Assembly: GCA_947452905.1 (NCBI GenBank) | Contig: CANGEP010000008.1 | Coordinates: 18,638 to 82,637, forward strand | From: Bacteroidota bacterium | GTDB taxonomy: Bacteria > Bacteroidota > Bacteroidia > Chitinophagales > Chitinophagaceae | Direction of reading: 5' to 3' | Length of the DNA stretch: 64,000 bases | Shown: piece after piece, positions 49,728 through 59,350 of the stretch | Layout: the number at the start of each line of letters is the position of its first letter | Position numbering within the stretch: the stretch's first letter is position 1 | Program-made: the position numbers and the translations under genes | Notes under the pieces: generated by a model | What the model was told of the DNA's origin: nothing | Databases searched by the model: none | The model's input: only the letters and a program-made list of their open reading frames with translations

Positions 49728-50870
49728 TTAATTGGCAACACATCTAAATCCTGTATGCTCCAATCCAGTGTCAGGGGATGTTTTCATTCTTGCAGTAACT
49801 CTATAGCCTTTACAATAAGAGGCGTTGCATAAAAAAGAACCCCCTCTCACCACTCGCTTGGGTGCATTAGGCTCTTGTGGGTCATAACTATCTTTTGGTC
49901 CTATCGGATTTACAATTACTTGAGCATTGTTATTTTGTAATTGACTTTTGTAGGTATCTTCTCTATACCAATCGGAGCACCACTCCCATACATTTCCAGC
50001 CATATCATATAAACCTACTGCATTAGGTGCAAAAGATTTTACGGGCGATAATCCTTCAAAATGATCCCAATCTGTATTAGTGCTAGGAAAACTACCTTGC
50101 CAAGTATTTGCTTTTGGTTTACCTTTTTCAATATCCTCCTCACCCCAAGTATATTTTGAACTAAGTCCACCCCTTGCGGCGGCCTCCCATTGTGCTTCGG
50201 TTGGTAATTTTTTTCCTGCCCATTTGCAATAGGCTTGTGCATCATCCCAGGAAATATGCACCACCGGATAATTATCTTTGCCTTTAATTGAAGATTCAGG
50301 CCCTTTTGGATGTTTCCAATTAGCTCCTTTTTTCCATGACCACCAAGCGCCTGGATTATCTAAACTTGTTCCAATAGGTTGTGGCACAAATACAAGTGAG
50401 GCCGCTACCAAGACATCTTCCGAAGGCTTTGGCGTACCTGGAGGTAATTGCTGTTTTATTAATTCCCAATCTGGTTTTTTTTCTGCTGTTGTTACATAGC
50501 CAGTAGCCTCAATAAATTTTTTAAACTGAGCATTGGTTACTTCTGTTACATCTATCCAAAAATTCGCTAGTTGCACTTTGTGTTGAGGATATTCATCTAC
50601 TCTTCCTTCTTTATCATTAGCCCCCATTAAAAATGTTTGTGCCTTTATAAGCACCATACCCTCATGGGAAACATTTGTGTCCATTTCTGTTACACTGGAA
50701 TCAGCATTATTTAGAGCACCCCCATTTCCAAATCGAGAAGGTAAATTTGTTGTACAATGCAAAAGACTGTCTTTTTTGGCGGCTTCTGCTTTTTCGGTGG
50801 CTGATTGACAAGCAGAAAATATTATTAAAAATACTACTAAATAGAATGATAAGAAAAATTTTAGATTCAT
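49728..50870 (-). CDS. Formylglycine-generating enzyme (FGE/SUMF1 family), predicted lipoprotein
   Basis: EVTNAQF, LPTEAQWEAAARGG, GLYDMAGNVWEWCSD, RGGSFLCNASYCKGYRVTAR (Cys pair as in human FGE); lipobox FSAC21. Confidence 0.88.
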   Translation of the reverse strand: MNLKFFLSFYLVVFLIIFSACQSATEKAEAAKKDSLLHCTTNLPSRFGNGGALNNADSSVTEMDTNVSHEGMVLIKAQTFLMGANDKEGRVDEYPQHKVQLANFWIDVTEVTNAQFKKFIEATGYVTTAEKKPDWELIKQQLPPGTPKPSEDVLVAASLVFVPQPIGTSLDNPGAWWSWKKGANWKHPKGPESSIKGKDNYPVVHISWDDAQAYCKWAGKKLPTEAQWEAAARGGLSSKYTWGEEDIEKGKPKANTWQGSFPSTNTDWDHFEGLSPVKSFAPNAVGLYDMAGNVWEWCSDWYREDTYKSQLQNNNAQVIVNPIGPKDSYDPQEPNAPKRVVRGGSFLCNASYCKGYRVTARMKTSPDTGLEHTGFRCVAN

Positions 50871-50952
50871 AAATGTATAGGAATTTACAGGAACAAGATA
50901 GGATTCAAATTAGTATAATTTTTTGAATTATATAGCACTATAAAATGTAAGT

Positions 50953-51783
50953 CTATCTAATACTTGCTATCGCTACTGGATCCATGTCAGTGAACTCTTT
51001 ATTTTCACCTGCCATGCCCCATATAAAACCATAATTAGAAGTACCTACACCAAAATGCATACTCCAAGGAGCAGATAAAACAGCTTCGTTATTGGCTACA
51101 ACTATATGTCTTGTATCTTGCGGCTCTCCCATAAAATGCATCACACGATGTGCCTCATTTATATCAAAATAAAAATAAGCTTCCATTCTTCTTGTGTGTG
51201 TATGTGGTGGGACTGAATTCCAAACACAGCCTTCTTCTAATGTGGTTAACCCCATTACTAATTGACAGCTTTGAATGCCATCATTATGGATGTATTTGTA
51301 AATAGTTCTTTTATTGGAAGTGCTAAAATCGCCTAAATGAACTGGAGAAGCCTCCGCTTTAGTTATTAATTTATTAGGATAACCAGCATGTGCAGGTGTT
51401 GATAATAAATAAAATAAAGCTGGTGTAGTATTTAAATCACTAACAAAAGAAACTTCTTTGGTGCCTTTTCCTAAGTAAGTGCATTCTAATTTATCTAATT
51501 CATAAATTATCCCATCTGCTATCACTTTCCCTTTACCGCCAACATTAATAATCCCCATTTCTCTACGCTCTAGAAAATAATTAGCTTTTAATTCGGTTTC
51601 GTTGGGAAGTGCAATAGGATTTGAAGTTGGCACCACGCCACCTACTATGACTCTATCATAATGAGAATAGGTAAGTTTAATTTTCCCTGCCACCATTAAA
51701 TCTTGGATTAAAAAATTATCTCTAGTTTCTTTAGTTGACATTGCAGCAGTCTCTTTTGGACTGTTTTGAAATCTTACTTGCAT
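50953..51783 (-). CDS. kduI: 5-dehydro-4-deoxy-D-glucuronate (DKI) isomerase
   Basis: YSHYDRVIVGG, LERREMGIIN, SCQLVMG, WNSVPPHTHTRRMEAYFYF, FIWGMAGEN. Confidence 0.95.
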   Translation of the reverse strand: MQVRFQNSPKETAAMSTKETRDNFLIQDLMVAGKIKLTYSHYDRVIVGGVVPTSNPIALPNETELKANYFLERREMGIINVGGKGKVIADGIIYELDKLECTYLGKGTKEVSFVSDLNTTPALFYLLSTPAHAGYPNKLITKAEASPVHLGDFSTSNKRTIYKYIHNDGIQSCQLVMGLTTLEEGCVWNSVPPHTHTRRMEAYFYFDINEAHRVMHFMGEPQDTRHIVVANNEAVLSAPWSMHFGVGTSNYGFIWGMAGENKEFTDMDPVAIASIR

Positions 51784-51804
51784 TCTATTTTTGGTTTAAC
51801 TTAA

Positions 51805-52998
51805 TTATAAAATTCTTAAAAGTAATTTTTTTGATTCTGGAGATTGATTGTAGATAAATGGTAAGCATTCATTACAAGCATTGTGTTTACTCGCACTTAA
51901 TAAAAGTGGATAAGCATTTTCTGCATCAAAATGTTTTAAAATAGGCCAAGTCCATTGTTTTTTCCCTAATAAATAAGGAGTTAAAAAATCATAAGCATTT
52001 TTTAAAGACATGCCATTACTGAGCTTTGTATTTCTAAAATCAACATTAATATTATGGGCCGATTGTGCAATTGACTCAAAGGCATTTAAAATAAATACGG
52101 AATAATGTAATGAATTAGTTCGAGCTAATTCCTGGGGGAAAGCGCCTTTAGTATCCATCTCTTCTTTTAGTCTTCCTAAAGCTCGATTGATAATTTTTTT
52201 AGACTCTTCAAGGCTATCTAAGTAATTAGTGATCGCTAAAGATTGAGCATCATACCAAATACCATGATTATTTGGTGCATTTTTCTCATCTACTCCATTT
52301 TTGCTATTATTCATCCAATGATAATAGGCACGAAACCAAGTTTTTAAAGCATCGTTGTCTTTTTGAGTCCAACTTTTAGAAGCATTTAAAATATTAACTC
52401 CATCTAACAAATAGATAAAATGTCTCGTATCAATTAAACCCTCGCCCCTTCCCTCAAAAATTCCTTTAACCGCTTGGCCATAATTTACATTAGGATTCAT
52501 TTTAGTATTACTATCTAAAAACCAAACTCTAATTAATTCACTAGCTTTTTTGGCATACACTTCATTGTCTGAAAAATAAAACCCTAAAGATAATTCGTAT
52601 ACTTTTTCACAAACCCTAGGCATATTTTCTTTGTCAGGATAGTTATTTACTTCAGGATTAACATCGCCATCTTTTCTTATATATGGCAGTCCCCCTTTTT
52701 TGGTAGGATCTGGCCACCAATAAGGTGCAAGACTCATATAATCATGCTTGTTGCCACTTGGCGGAAAATCTGTTTTATCCATCACAGAATAAGGGCCAAA
52801 AGATAAATTTTTATTACAGAGGCTAATTAAATTATTATAAGCAGGCATTACATCGGCAGCCTTTTCTTTTACTTTAACTTTACTCACTAGTAAAGATTTA
52901 AAATCCATAGTAACAATATCGGCCCTAGATAATTTTCCTTGAGGAAAAGCAACTACGACAAACAAGGAGAATCCTATAGAAAATATATATTTTTTCAT
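51805..52998 (-). CDS. Polysaccharide lyase, alginate_lyase Pfam fold, PL38-like
   Basis: SGNKHDYMSLAPYWWPDP..GGLPYIRKDG, MNPNVNYGQ, GLIDT, NNHG, QELARTNSLHYS; signal peptide. Motifs recalled from PL38 enzymes. Confidence 0.8.
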   Translation of the reverse strand: MKKYIFSIGFSLFVVVAFPQGKLSRADIVTMDFKSLLVSKVKVKEKAADVMPAYNNLISLCNKNLSFGPYSVMDKTDFPPSGNKHDYMSLAPYWWPDPTKKGGLPYIRKDGDVNPEVNNYPDKENMPRVCEKVYELSLGFYFSDNEVYAKKASELIRVWFLDSNTKMNPNVNYGQAVKGIFEGRGEGLIDTRHFIYLLDGVNILNASKSWTQKDNDALKTWFRAYYHWMNNSKNGVDEKNAPNNHGIWYDAQSLAITNYLDSLEESKKIINRALGRLKEEMDTKGAFPQELARTNSLHYSVFILNAFESIAQSAHNINVDFRNTKLSNGMSLKNAYDFLTPYLLGKKQWTWPILKHFDAENAYPLLLSASKHNACNECLPFIYNQSPESKKLLLRIL

Positions 52999-52999
52999 T

Positions 53000-54304
53000 T
53001 TAATTTTTATTTTGTTTCTTTTTTACCTTTGTAGCGTGTCTACCACTTCCATCACCATGATCTATATAACCCGAGGCTGGATCTAACTGATCTAATACTT
53101 TTTGAAGATTTTCTTTTATACTTTTTGTATGCTCGGTTTCAGTGGTTAATTTTTCTTCGAAAGGTGCATTGTGCATGTCGAAAAGTTCGCCAGCTCGATT
53201 TAATTTCCAATTGGCTTCTCTAACGTACCAATCGTTTCCTAGTTCGGTAAAAATCCAATTTCTTGAATTAGCCTTTCCGGTTTTAATTTGATTTGCAAAA
53301 CTTGTACCATCTATTTTTTTATCTACAGGCAAAGTTGCCCCTGCAATTTCTGCAAAAGTGGGTACGAAATCGGAAGCATCTACTAACTGATTTGTCACAG
53401 TTTGTTTTTTAATAACTCCAGGCCAATTTATAATTAAAGGAACTAAACTTCCCCCTTCTTGCATAGTGCCTTTTTTACCAATAATTTTTTTGCCGTTAAC
53501 AGTGCCTATAGCTGCCGCTTGACCTGCAGTACCATTATCTCCAAAAAATACGATTAAAGTGTTATCTCTTAACTTAAGGCTATCTAATGTATGTATCAAT
53601 TTCCCAACCAATTTATCCATATAGTTTATGTTATCGGTATATAAGTCTTTAAAATCAGTAGTGCCTGGATTAGTATCGGGCGTAGGCTTAATTTCACCAT
53701 GCACTTGTACTAATGAATAATATAAGTAAAAAGGATCTTTGGTGTGATTGGATAAAAACTCTACCATATGATTATGCATTAAATCGGGCATATATTCATT
53801 GTCTTTTAAAACTAAATCCTTGCCATTTAAAATATACTTTTCTTTCTTAACATCTGAATTCAAATAAACACCACTTCCAAAAAAACGCATATAATCATCA
53901 AAACCAAATTCTGCAGGACCTAATGGTAATTGACCCCACTTGCCTATCATTGAAGTAGTATAACCAGCAGTCTTTAAAATTTTAGACATCATTGTTTCGT
54001 CAGATGGTTTAAACTCGCCAGTTTGATCTTGATTAACAGCACCTGTTCTAAAAGCATATCTACCTGTTAATATCATAGCTCTTGATGGTCCGCATAATGG
54101 AGCTGTGTATGCATTTGTATATCTTATGCCATTTTTAGCAAGCTTATCTATTTCGGGAGTTTTATATAAGTCGGCTCCGTAGCAACTAACCCCATCAATA
54201 CCTAAATCATCTGCTAATACAAAAATAATATTGGGTTTTTTATTTTGTGCAGAAACACTAAAAGTTAAAAGTGTTAAGCTAAAAAGAAATAAAGGGACTT
54301 TCAT
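53000..54304 (-). CDS. S1 formylglycine-dependent sulfatase (Cys-type), exported
   Basis: KPNIIFVLADDLG, LCGPSRAMILTG, GDNG; atypical GKWGQL instead of GKWH. Confidence 0.88.
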   Translation of the reverse strand: MKVPLFLFSLTLLTFSVSAQNKKPNIIFVLADDLGIDGVSCYGADLYKTPEIDKLAKNGIRYTNAYTAPLCGPSRAMILTGRYAFRTGAVNQDQTGEFKPSDETMMSKILKTAGYTTSMIGKWGQLPLGPAEFGFDDYMRFFGSGVYLNSDVKKEKYILNGKDLVLKDNEYMPDLMHNHMVEFLSNHTKDPFYLYYSLVQVHGEIKPTPDTNPGTTDFKDLYTDNINYMDKLVGKLIHTLDSLKLRDNTLIVFFGDNGTAGQAAAIGTVNGKKIIGKKGTMQEGGSLVPLIINWPGVIKKQTVTNQLVDASDFVPTFAEIAGATLPVDKKIDGTSFANQIKTGKANSRNWIFTELGNDWYVREANWKLNRAGELFDMHNAPFEEKLTTETEHTKSIKENLQKVLDQLDPASGYIDHGDGSGRHATKVKKKQNKN

Positions 54305-54334
54305 AGATTATATTAATAGGTTTAAAATATATTT

Positions 54335-56062
54335 TTATTTTTTTGCTTTTTTATCCCAAGGCCAAGGCAAAGCTTTAGTTCGTATTGCTTCCTGCTCCCA
54401 TAGTAAAGCTAATTCTTTCACTTTAGAAGTATATTGACCAGCTAGATCTTTGGTTTCACTTGGATCTTTATCTAAATTATATAACTCCCAGGCATTTTGA
54501 TCCTTATCGGTAAAAACTTTATTTTTTTCAGTTTTGGAAACTAATTTCCATGGTCCCGCTTTTATAGCGCGATTGCCTTCATGTTCCCAAAAAATAAAAT
54601 CACGCTTTATTGGTTTATTATGAATGGCGCCCACTAAACTTTTACCTTCCATGGGTTGAATAGAATGACCATTGTAATTTGTAGGGTATTTTATTCCAGC
54701 AATATCAACGCAGGTAGCCATGATATCAATTAAATGAGCATCTTCATTTAGAATAGCTCCTTTTTGTTTAATAGCTTTTGGCCAATAAACAATTAAAGGT
54801 GAGGCTATCCCTCCTTGGTGGGTCCAATGCTTATACATTTTAAAAGGAGTATTACTTACATTAGCCCACTCAATACCATATGTTAACCAAGTATTAGCCT
54901 TCCCAGGCATCACGCCCATGCCACTTCTTATAAAATTACCCTCTCTTGTATAATTGGGTTTTTTACCAACAAAAATAGAATCCTTTGCAAAAGGATGAAT
55001 TTTTTGCTGATCGGATGTCATTGCAATTTCGGGTTGATCTGAATCTAAAGGTTCAGCACAACCTCCATTATCATGCATGTAAAAAATAACGGTATTGTCA
55101 AGTATTCCCTTATTTTCTAAAGTCGTGATAATTTTACCTATTCCCTGATCCATGATGTCAATCATGGCAGCATACACTTGCATTTTTCGTATTTGCCAAT
55201 CTTTCATTGGAGCATTTTCCCAAGCTGGAATACTCACTCCTCTTTCGGTTAAGGTAGCTTCTTTACTTATGATACCCAATTTTTGCAATTTATTAAACCT
55301 TGCTACTCTAATCGCATCCCATCCTTTATCATATACACCCTTATATTTTTGTATTTCTTTTTCTGGTGCATGTAAAGGCCAATGTGCAGCCGTATAAGCA
55401 ATATAAAAGAAGAAAGGATTAGCAGTTTTATGTTCGTTAATAAATTTAACTGCTGTATCTGTAATGGCATTAGTATAATAAAAATTATCTCCAGGAGTGA
55501 TGTATGTATTGTTGCTTACTAAAGTACCCGGGTCATAATAACTTCCCGATCCGTTTAAGGTTCCGAAATATCTTTGAAACCCTCTTTGCACCGGCCAATT
55601 ACTAATATCTTTTTTATCCAGAATATCTTTAGCAATATGCCATTTACCAGTCATATAGGTTGCATAGCCAGATGATTTAAATACTTCTGCCATCGTAACA
55701 GCATTCTTACTTAAATCATCCACATAACCCTCTTCGTTATAATTTTCGGTAGATAAATGACCCATCCCAGCTTGATGAGGATAGAGCCCTGTTAACAAGG
55801 AAGCCCTAGAAGGACTACATCTAGCTGTATTATAAAAATGGCTAAATCTTACCCCTTTGTTCGCTAACTTATCAATATTGGGGGTGTTTATTTCGGAACC
55901 ATAGCAACCTATATCTGAGAATCCCATATCATCGGTTAATATAACAATGATATTAGGTTTTTTACTTTTAGCATTTTTAGATGTCACTTGGGCGTTTAAA
56001 ACAAAAACAGAAGTAAATGATAATGCTGTAAATAAAGTAAAATATTTAAAACATTTATTCAT
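54335..56062 (-). CDS. Arylsulfatase (S1, Cys-type), exported
   Basis: KPNIIVILTDDMG, RCSPSRASLLTG, GKWH, AAHWPLHAP, HDNGG, HLIDIMAT. Confidence 0.92.
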   Translation of the reverse strand: MNKCFKYFTLFTALSFTSVFVLNAQVTSKNAKSKKPNIIVILTDDMGFSDIGCYGSEINTPNIDKLANKGVRFSHFYNTARCSPSRASLLTGLYPHQAGMGHLSTENYNEEGYVDDLSKNAVTMAEVFKSSGYATYMTGKWHIAKDILDKKDISNWPVQRGFQRYFGTLNGSGSYYDPGTLVSNNTYITPGDNFYYTNAITDTAVKFINEHKTANPFFFYIAYTAAHWPLHAPEKEIQKYKGVYDKGWDAIRVARFNKLQKLGIISKEATLTERGVSIPAWENAPMKDWQIRKMQVYAAMIDIMDQGIGKIITTLENKGILDNTVIFYMHDNGGCAEPLDSDQPEIAMTSDQQKIHPFAKDSIFVGKKPNYTREGNFIRSGMGVMPGKANTWLTYGIEWANVSNTPFKMYKHWTHQGGIASPLIVYWPKAIKQKGAILNEDAHLIDIMATCVDIAGIKYPTNYNGHSIQPMEGKSLVGAIHNKPIKRDFIFWEHEGNRAIKAGPWKLVSKTEKNKVFTDKDQNAWELYNLDKDPSETKDLAGQYTSKVKELALLWEQEAIRTKALPWPWDKKAKK

Positions 56063-56065
56063 GAC

Positions 56066-57676
56066 TTATTTAGTTTTTACTTGAGATGCAAAATAAGCTA
56101 ACATTTGTGCCTTTAATTTTTTCGTAACCGCCTCATATTTTAGTTCCTTCGCAACATTTACTTTTTCTAGTGGATCCGCTGTGTAATCATATAATTCATC
56201 CCCTATTACAGATTCTTTTTTAAAGGGTTGTGTAGATCTAAAACCATTTTTCATCCAAATGGTATATCTGTATTGACTATTTCGAATAGAGTATCCCATT
56301 ACATTTGCAGGACCATATCCTAAACGATCATTCTCCTCGTCCACACCACTTCTTGGATATTGGCTTATTGAATACTCTTTGACCTTAACCAATGGTTTTT
56401 TCATGATAGGTTGTAAACTTTTACCTTGTAACTGAGTGGGTATAGCAATTCCAGCTAAATCACAAAGAGTTGGAAAAATATCTAAATGCTCCGAAAATGA
56501 TTTTGTTTTATTAGAAACATAACCTGGTGCACTAATAATTAAAGGCGCATGAGTTGCTTGTTCAAAATTACTATGCTTACACCACAAATTATGGTCTCCC
56601 AAATGCCAACCATGATCGCCCCATAAAACTATAATTGTGTTTTTAGTTAATCCTAATGAATCTAGTGTATTTAAAAGTTTACCTACCAATGCATCGGTAT
56701 AAGATATAGCAGCATAATAGCCATGTAATAATTCCTTCTGTTTATCTACTGATAATGTTAAACCAAGTTCTTTTTGAGGAGTAGTTGCTATAATAGAAGG
56801 AATATCGGTATAAGCTCTTAATTCACCTGCATTATGATAAGCAACATCGATTGGATTTTTATTAATTTCCTGAAAAGGCGCTAAAACAATATCTTCTCTT
56901 TTATATAAATCCCAATATTTTTTAGGTGCCACAAAGGGTAAGTGTGGTTTGGCAATCCCCACTGCAAAAAAGAAAGGTTCGTTTTTACGACTCAATTGAA
57001 CTAAAATATCTTTTGCTTGTAAAATATTAGCACCATCATTGTAGGCATTATCTGGTACATCAATAGATTCTGTTGAAGGGCGAACTTTAGCAGTTGCTTC
57101 ATTGTTTGCTTCTGCTTTTGTCATCCCCTTTGCGAGTGCTTCCTTAATTACTTTTTCTGCCGCTAATTTTGTTTCTTTTAGTTGATACCTTCCTTCTGCT
57201 GGCTCCCCTAATTCAGGAACATAATATTTTTTATCTGTTTTATAATAGGGAACACTCCAAGAAACTTTATCTATATTTTCATCCACATTTCTAACATCAA
57301 ATACTTTACCAATACCTTGCGTAGTATATCCTTGTGTAATTAAATACTGAGGCATTGTAACTATATCCGGACTTACATCACGAATTTGTGTTTTTAAATC
57401 CCAAATTTTGGTCATGTCTGGTCGCATACCAGTTAATAAACTTGCGCGTGTTGGTCCACAAACCGCTTGCTGACAATAATTATTTAAAAAGGTGGTACCC
57501 ATTTTAGCCAATCTATCAATATTGGGTGTTTTTATAAAAGTATTTCCATAAGCCCCAAGTATGGGTTTTAGATCATCTACTGCTATAAATAATATATTTG
57601 GCTTTGATTTTGTTTGGGCAACTGAATGGCTTTGGATTAACCCAATGAATAAACAAAATAAAATTATCTTTTTCAT
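56066..57676 (-). CDS. Iduronate-2-sulfatase-like sulfatase (S1_7-like), GKVFD variant
   Basis: NILFIAVDDLKP, VCGPTRASLLTG, KPHLPF, WGDHGWHLG, WCKHSNFE. Confidence 0.88.
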   Translation of the reverse strand: MKKIILFCLFIGLIQSHSVAQTKSKPNILFIAVDDLKPILGAYGNTFIKTPNIDRLAKMGTTFLNNYCQQAVCGPTRASLLTGMRPDMTKIWDLKTQIRDVSPDIVTMPQYLITQGYTTQGIGKVFDVRNVDENIDKVSWSVPYYKTDKKYYVPELGEPAEGRYQLKETKLAAEKVIKEALAKGMTKAEANNEATAKVRPSTESIDVPDNAYNDGANILQAKDILVQLSRKNEPFFFAVGIAKPHLPFVAPKKYWDLYKREDIVLAPFQEINKNPIDVAYHNAGELRAYTDIPSIIATTPQKELGLTLSVDKQKELLHGYYAAISYTDALVGKLLNTLDSLGLTKNTIIVLWGDHGWHLGDHNLWCKHSNFEQATHAPLIISAPGYVSNKTKSFSEHLDIFPTLCDLAGIAIPTQLQGKSLQPIMKKPLVKVKEYSISQYPRSGVDEENDRLGYGPANVMGYSIRNSQYRYTIWMKNGFRSTQPFKKESVIGDELYDYTADPLEKVNVAKELKYEAVTKKLKAQMLAYFASQVKTK

Positions 57677-57717
57677 TTATAACGTTTTATAGATTTTAAT
57701 ACTTGTACTAGAGCGTA

Positions 57718-59304
57718 TTATCTAGTTTCTTGAGATTTGAAAAAATTAATCATCTTAGCATACATATCTTTTGCAGCTTCTTTATAATTTGCTGAATTAT
57801 AAATATTAACTTTCTCTAAAGGATCTGCAGAATAATCATACATTTCTGTGGCATAAATCTTTTTAGACTCAAAAGGTTGACTAGTAGTAAAGTCATTCAT
57901 CCAAATAGTAAAACGATATTTGCCAGTTCTTAAACTATACCCCATAATTTTATTTGACTCATACCCTGCTTTTTTAGCTTCTTCCTTATTTAACTTTCTT
58001 GGATACTGACTCACCGAGAATTCTTTTACTGAACTTCTATTATTTTGCATTATTGGTTTTAAACTTTTCCCTTGTAAATGCTTTGGTATACTTAATCCAG
58101 CTAAATCGCATATAGTAGGAAATATGTCAAGATGTTCTGACAAGGAAGTAGATTTACCTGGCTTCATTCCAGGTGCAGCTACAATTAATGGGGCGCGAGT
58201 TGCATTTTCCAAATTAGTATGCTTCTCCCATAAATCATGATCCCCTAAATGCCAACCATGGTCACCCCATAAAACAATGATGGTATTATTTAAAGTGCCT
58301 AAAGAATCTAAAGTATTTAATAATATCCCCACTTGCGCATCCATATAAGAAACGGCCGCAAAATAACCATGTATTAATTCCTTTTGTTTTTCTTCCTTCA
58401 AATAAACATGATTCCCTGGTTGGTTATAAGTGGCAAATGCAGGGATGTCTAAATAATTCCTTAACTCACCCGACTTATGATAAGCAACCTCAGGAGCATC
58501 TTTTGCATGTTCTGTAAAAGTTGCTAAAGGCATATCTGCCCTATTATATAAATCCCAGTATTTTTTAGGTGCTACAAAAGGTAAATGCGGTTTATGAAAA
58601 CCTACAGCCATAAAATAAGGACTACTTTTCTTAGTCAACTCAATAATTTTATTTTTTGCTAGTAAAGCAATCACTCCATCGTCATAAGCATTATCTGGCA
58701 CATCAATACACTCCGACGAAGGGCCTTTAATGGTGGTAGGCTCTTCGTCATCATTATCTCTTTTTTCTCTTTCTTTTTTAACTAAAAAAAGAGCTTTGTT
58801 TTCTGGTTTTTGATATTGAGAGTTTGCTGGCTTACCTAAGTTATTTGCATAGTCAGACTCTTTAGGGTCTAAGTAAGGCAGGTTCCAACTTGCAGGATCA
58901 ATTCTGTTGATAGCGCTACTAGGATGATAAATCTTGCCTGTTCCAACAGTTTTATATCCTTGTGTAATTAGATATTGAGGTAGTGTTACAATATCAGGAT
59001 TCATATCACGCATTTGCGTTTTTAGATCCCAGACTTTTGTATAATCAGGACGCATCCCTGTCATTAAACTTGCACGTGTTGGTCCACATACTGCTTGTTG
59101 ACAATAATTATTTAAAAACACGGTTGACATTTTTGCAAGTCTATCAATATTTGGAGTTTTGATTAACTTATTTCCATAAGCTCCAAGTTCGGGCTTAAGA
59201 TCATCTACCGCAATAAATAAAATATTGGGTTTGCTTTTTTGAGCTATACTCTTGCTGTTTAAAGAAAATAAAAGCAAAGTTGCAAATACTAATTTATTTT
59301 TCAT
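57718..59304 (-). CDS. Iduronate-2-sulfatase-like sulfatase (S1_7-like), canonical GKIYH
   Basis: NILFIAVDDLKP, VCGPTRASLMTG, GKIYH, GFHKPHLPF, WGDHGWHLG; tandem paralogue of 56066..57676. Confidence 0.9.
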   Translation of the reverse strand: MKNKLVFATLLLFSLNSKSIAQKSKPNILFIAVDDLKPELGAYGNKLIKTPNIDRLAKMSTVFLNNYCQQAVCGPTRASLMTGMRPDYTKVWDLKTQMRDMNPDIVTLPQYLITQGYKTVGTGKIYHPSSAINRIDPASWNLPYLDPKESDYANNLGKPANSQYQKPENKALFLVKKEREKRDNDDEEPTTIKGPSSECIDVPDNAYDDGVIALLAKNKIIELTKKSSPYFMAVGFHKPHLPFVAPKKYWDLYNRADMPLATFTEHAKDAPEVAYHKSGELRNYLDIPAFATYNQPGNHVYLKEEKQKELIHGYFAAVSYMDAQVGILLNTLDSLGTLNNTIIVLWGDHGWHLGDHDLWEKHTNLENATRAPLIVAAPGMKPGKSTSLSEHLDIFPTICDLAGLSIPKHLQGKSLKPIMQNNRSSVKEFSVSQYPRKLNKEEAKKAGYESNKIMGYSLRTGKYRFTIWMNDFTTSQPFESKKIYATEMYDYSADPLEKVNIYNSANYKEAAKDMYAKMINFFKSQETR

Positions 59305-59350
59305 ACTTATCTATATTGTAATTGTGCGATTGAATAATTTATGGTAAGCT

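Noticed and set aside
49728-50870. Gliding motility lipoprotein GldJ/GldK call
   Set aside because: It keeps the FGE catalytic Cys pair, has no gldL/gldM/gldN neighbours and sits in a sulfatase locus.
51805-52998. Alginate utilisation locus call
   Set aside because: The Pfam name suggests alginate, but KduI and four sulfatases fit a sulfated glucuronate/iduronate-type substrate, and no alginate-specific genes (KdgF, PL6/PL7/PL17) are seen.
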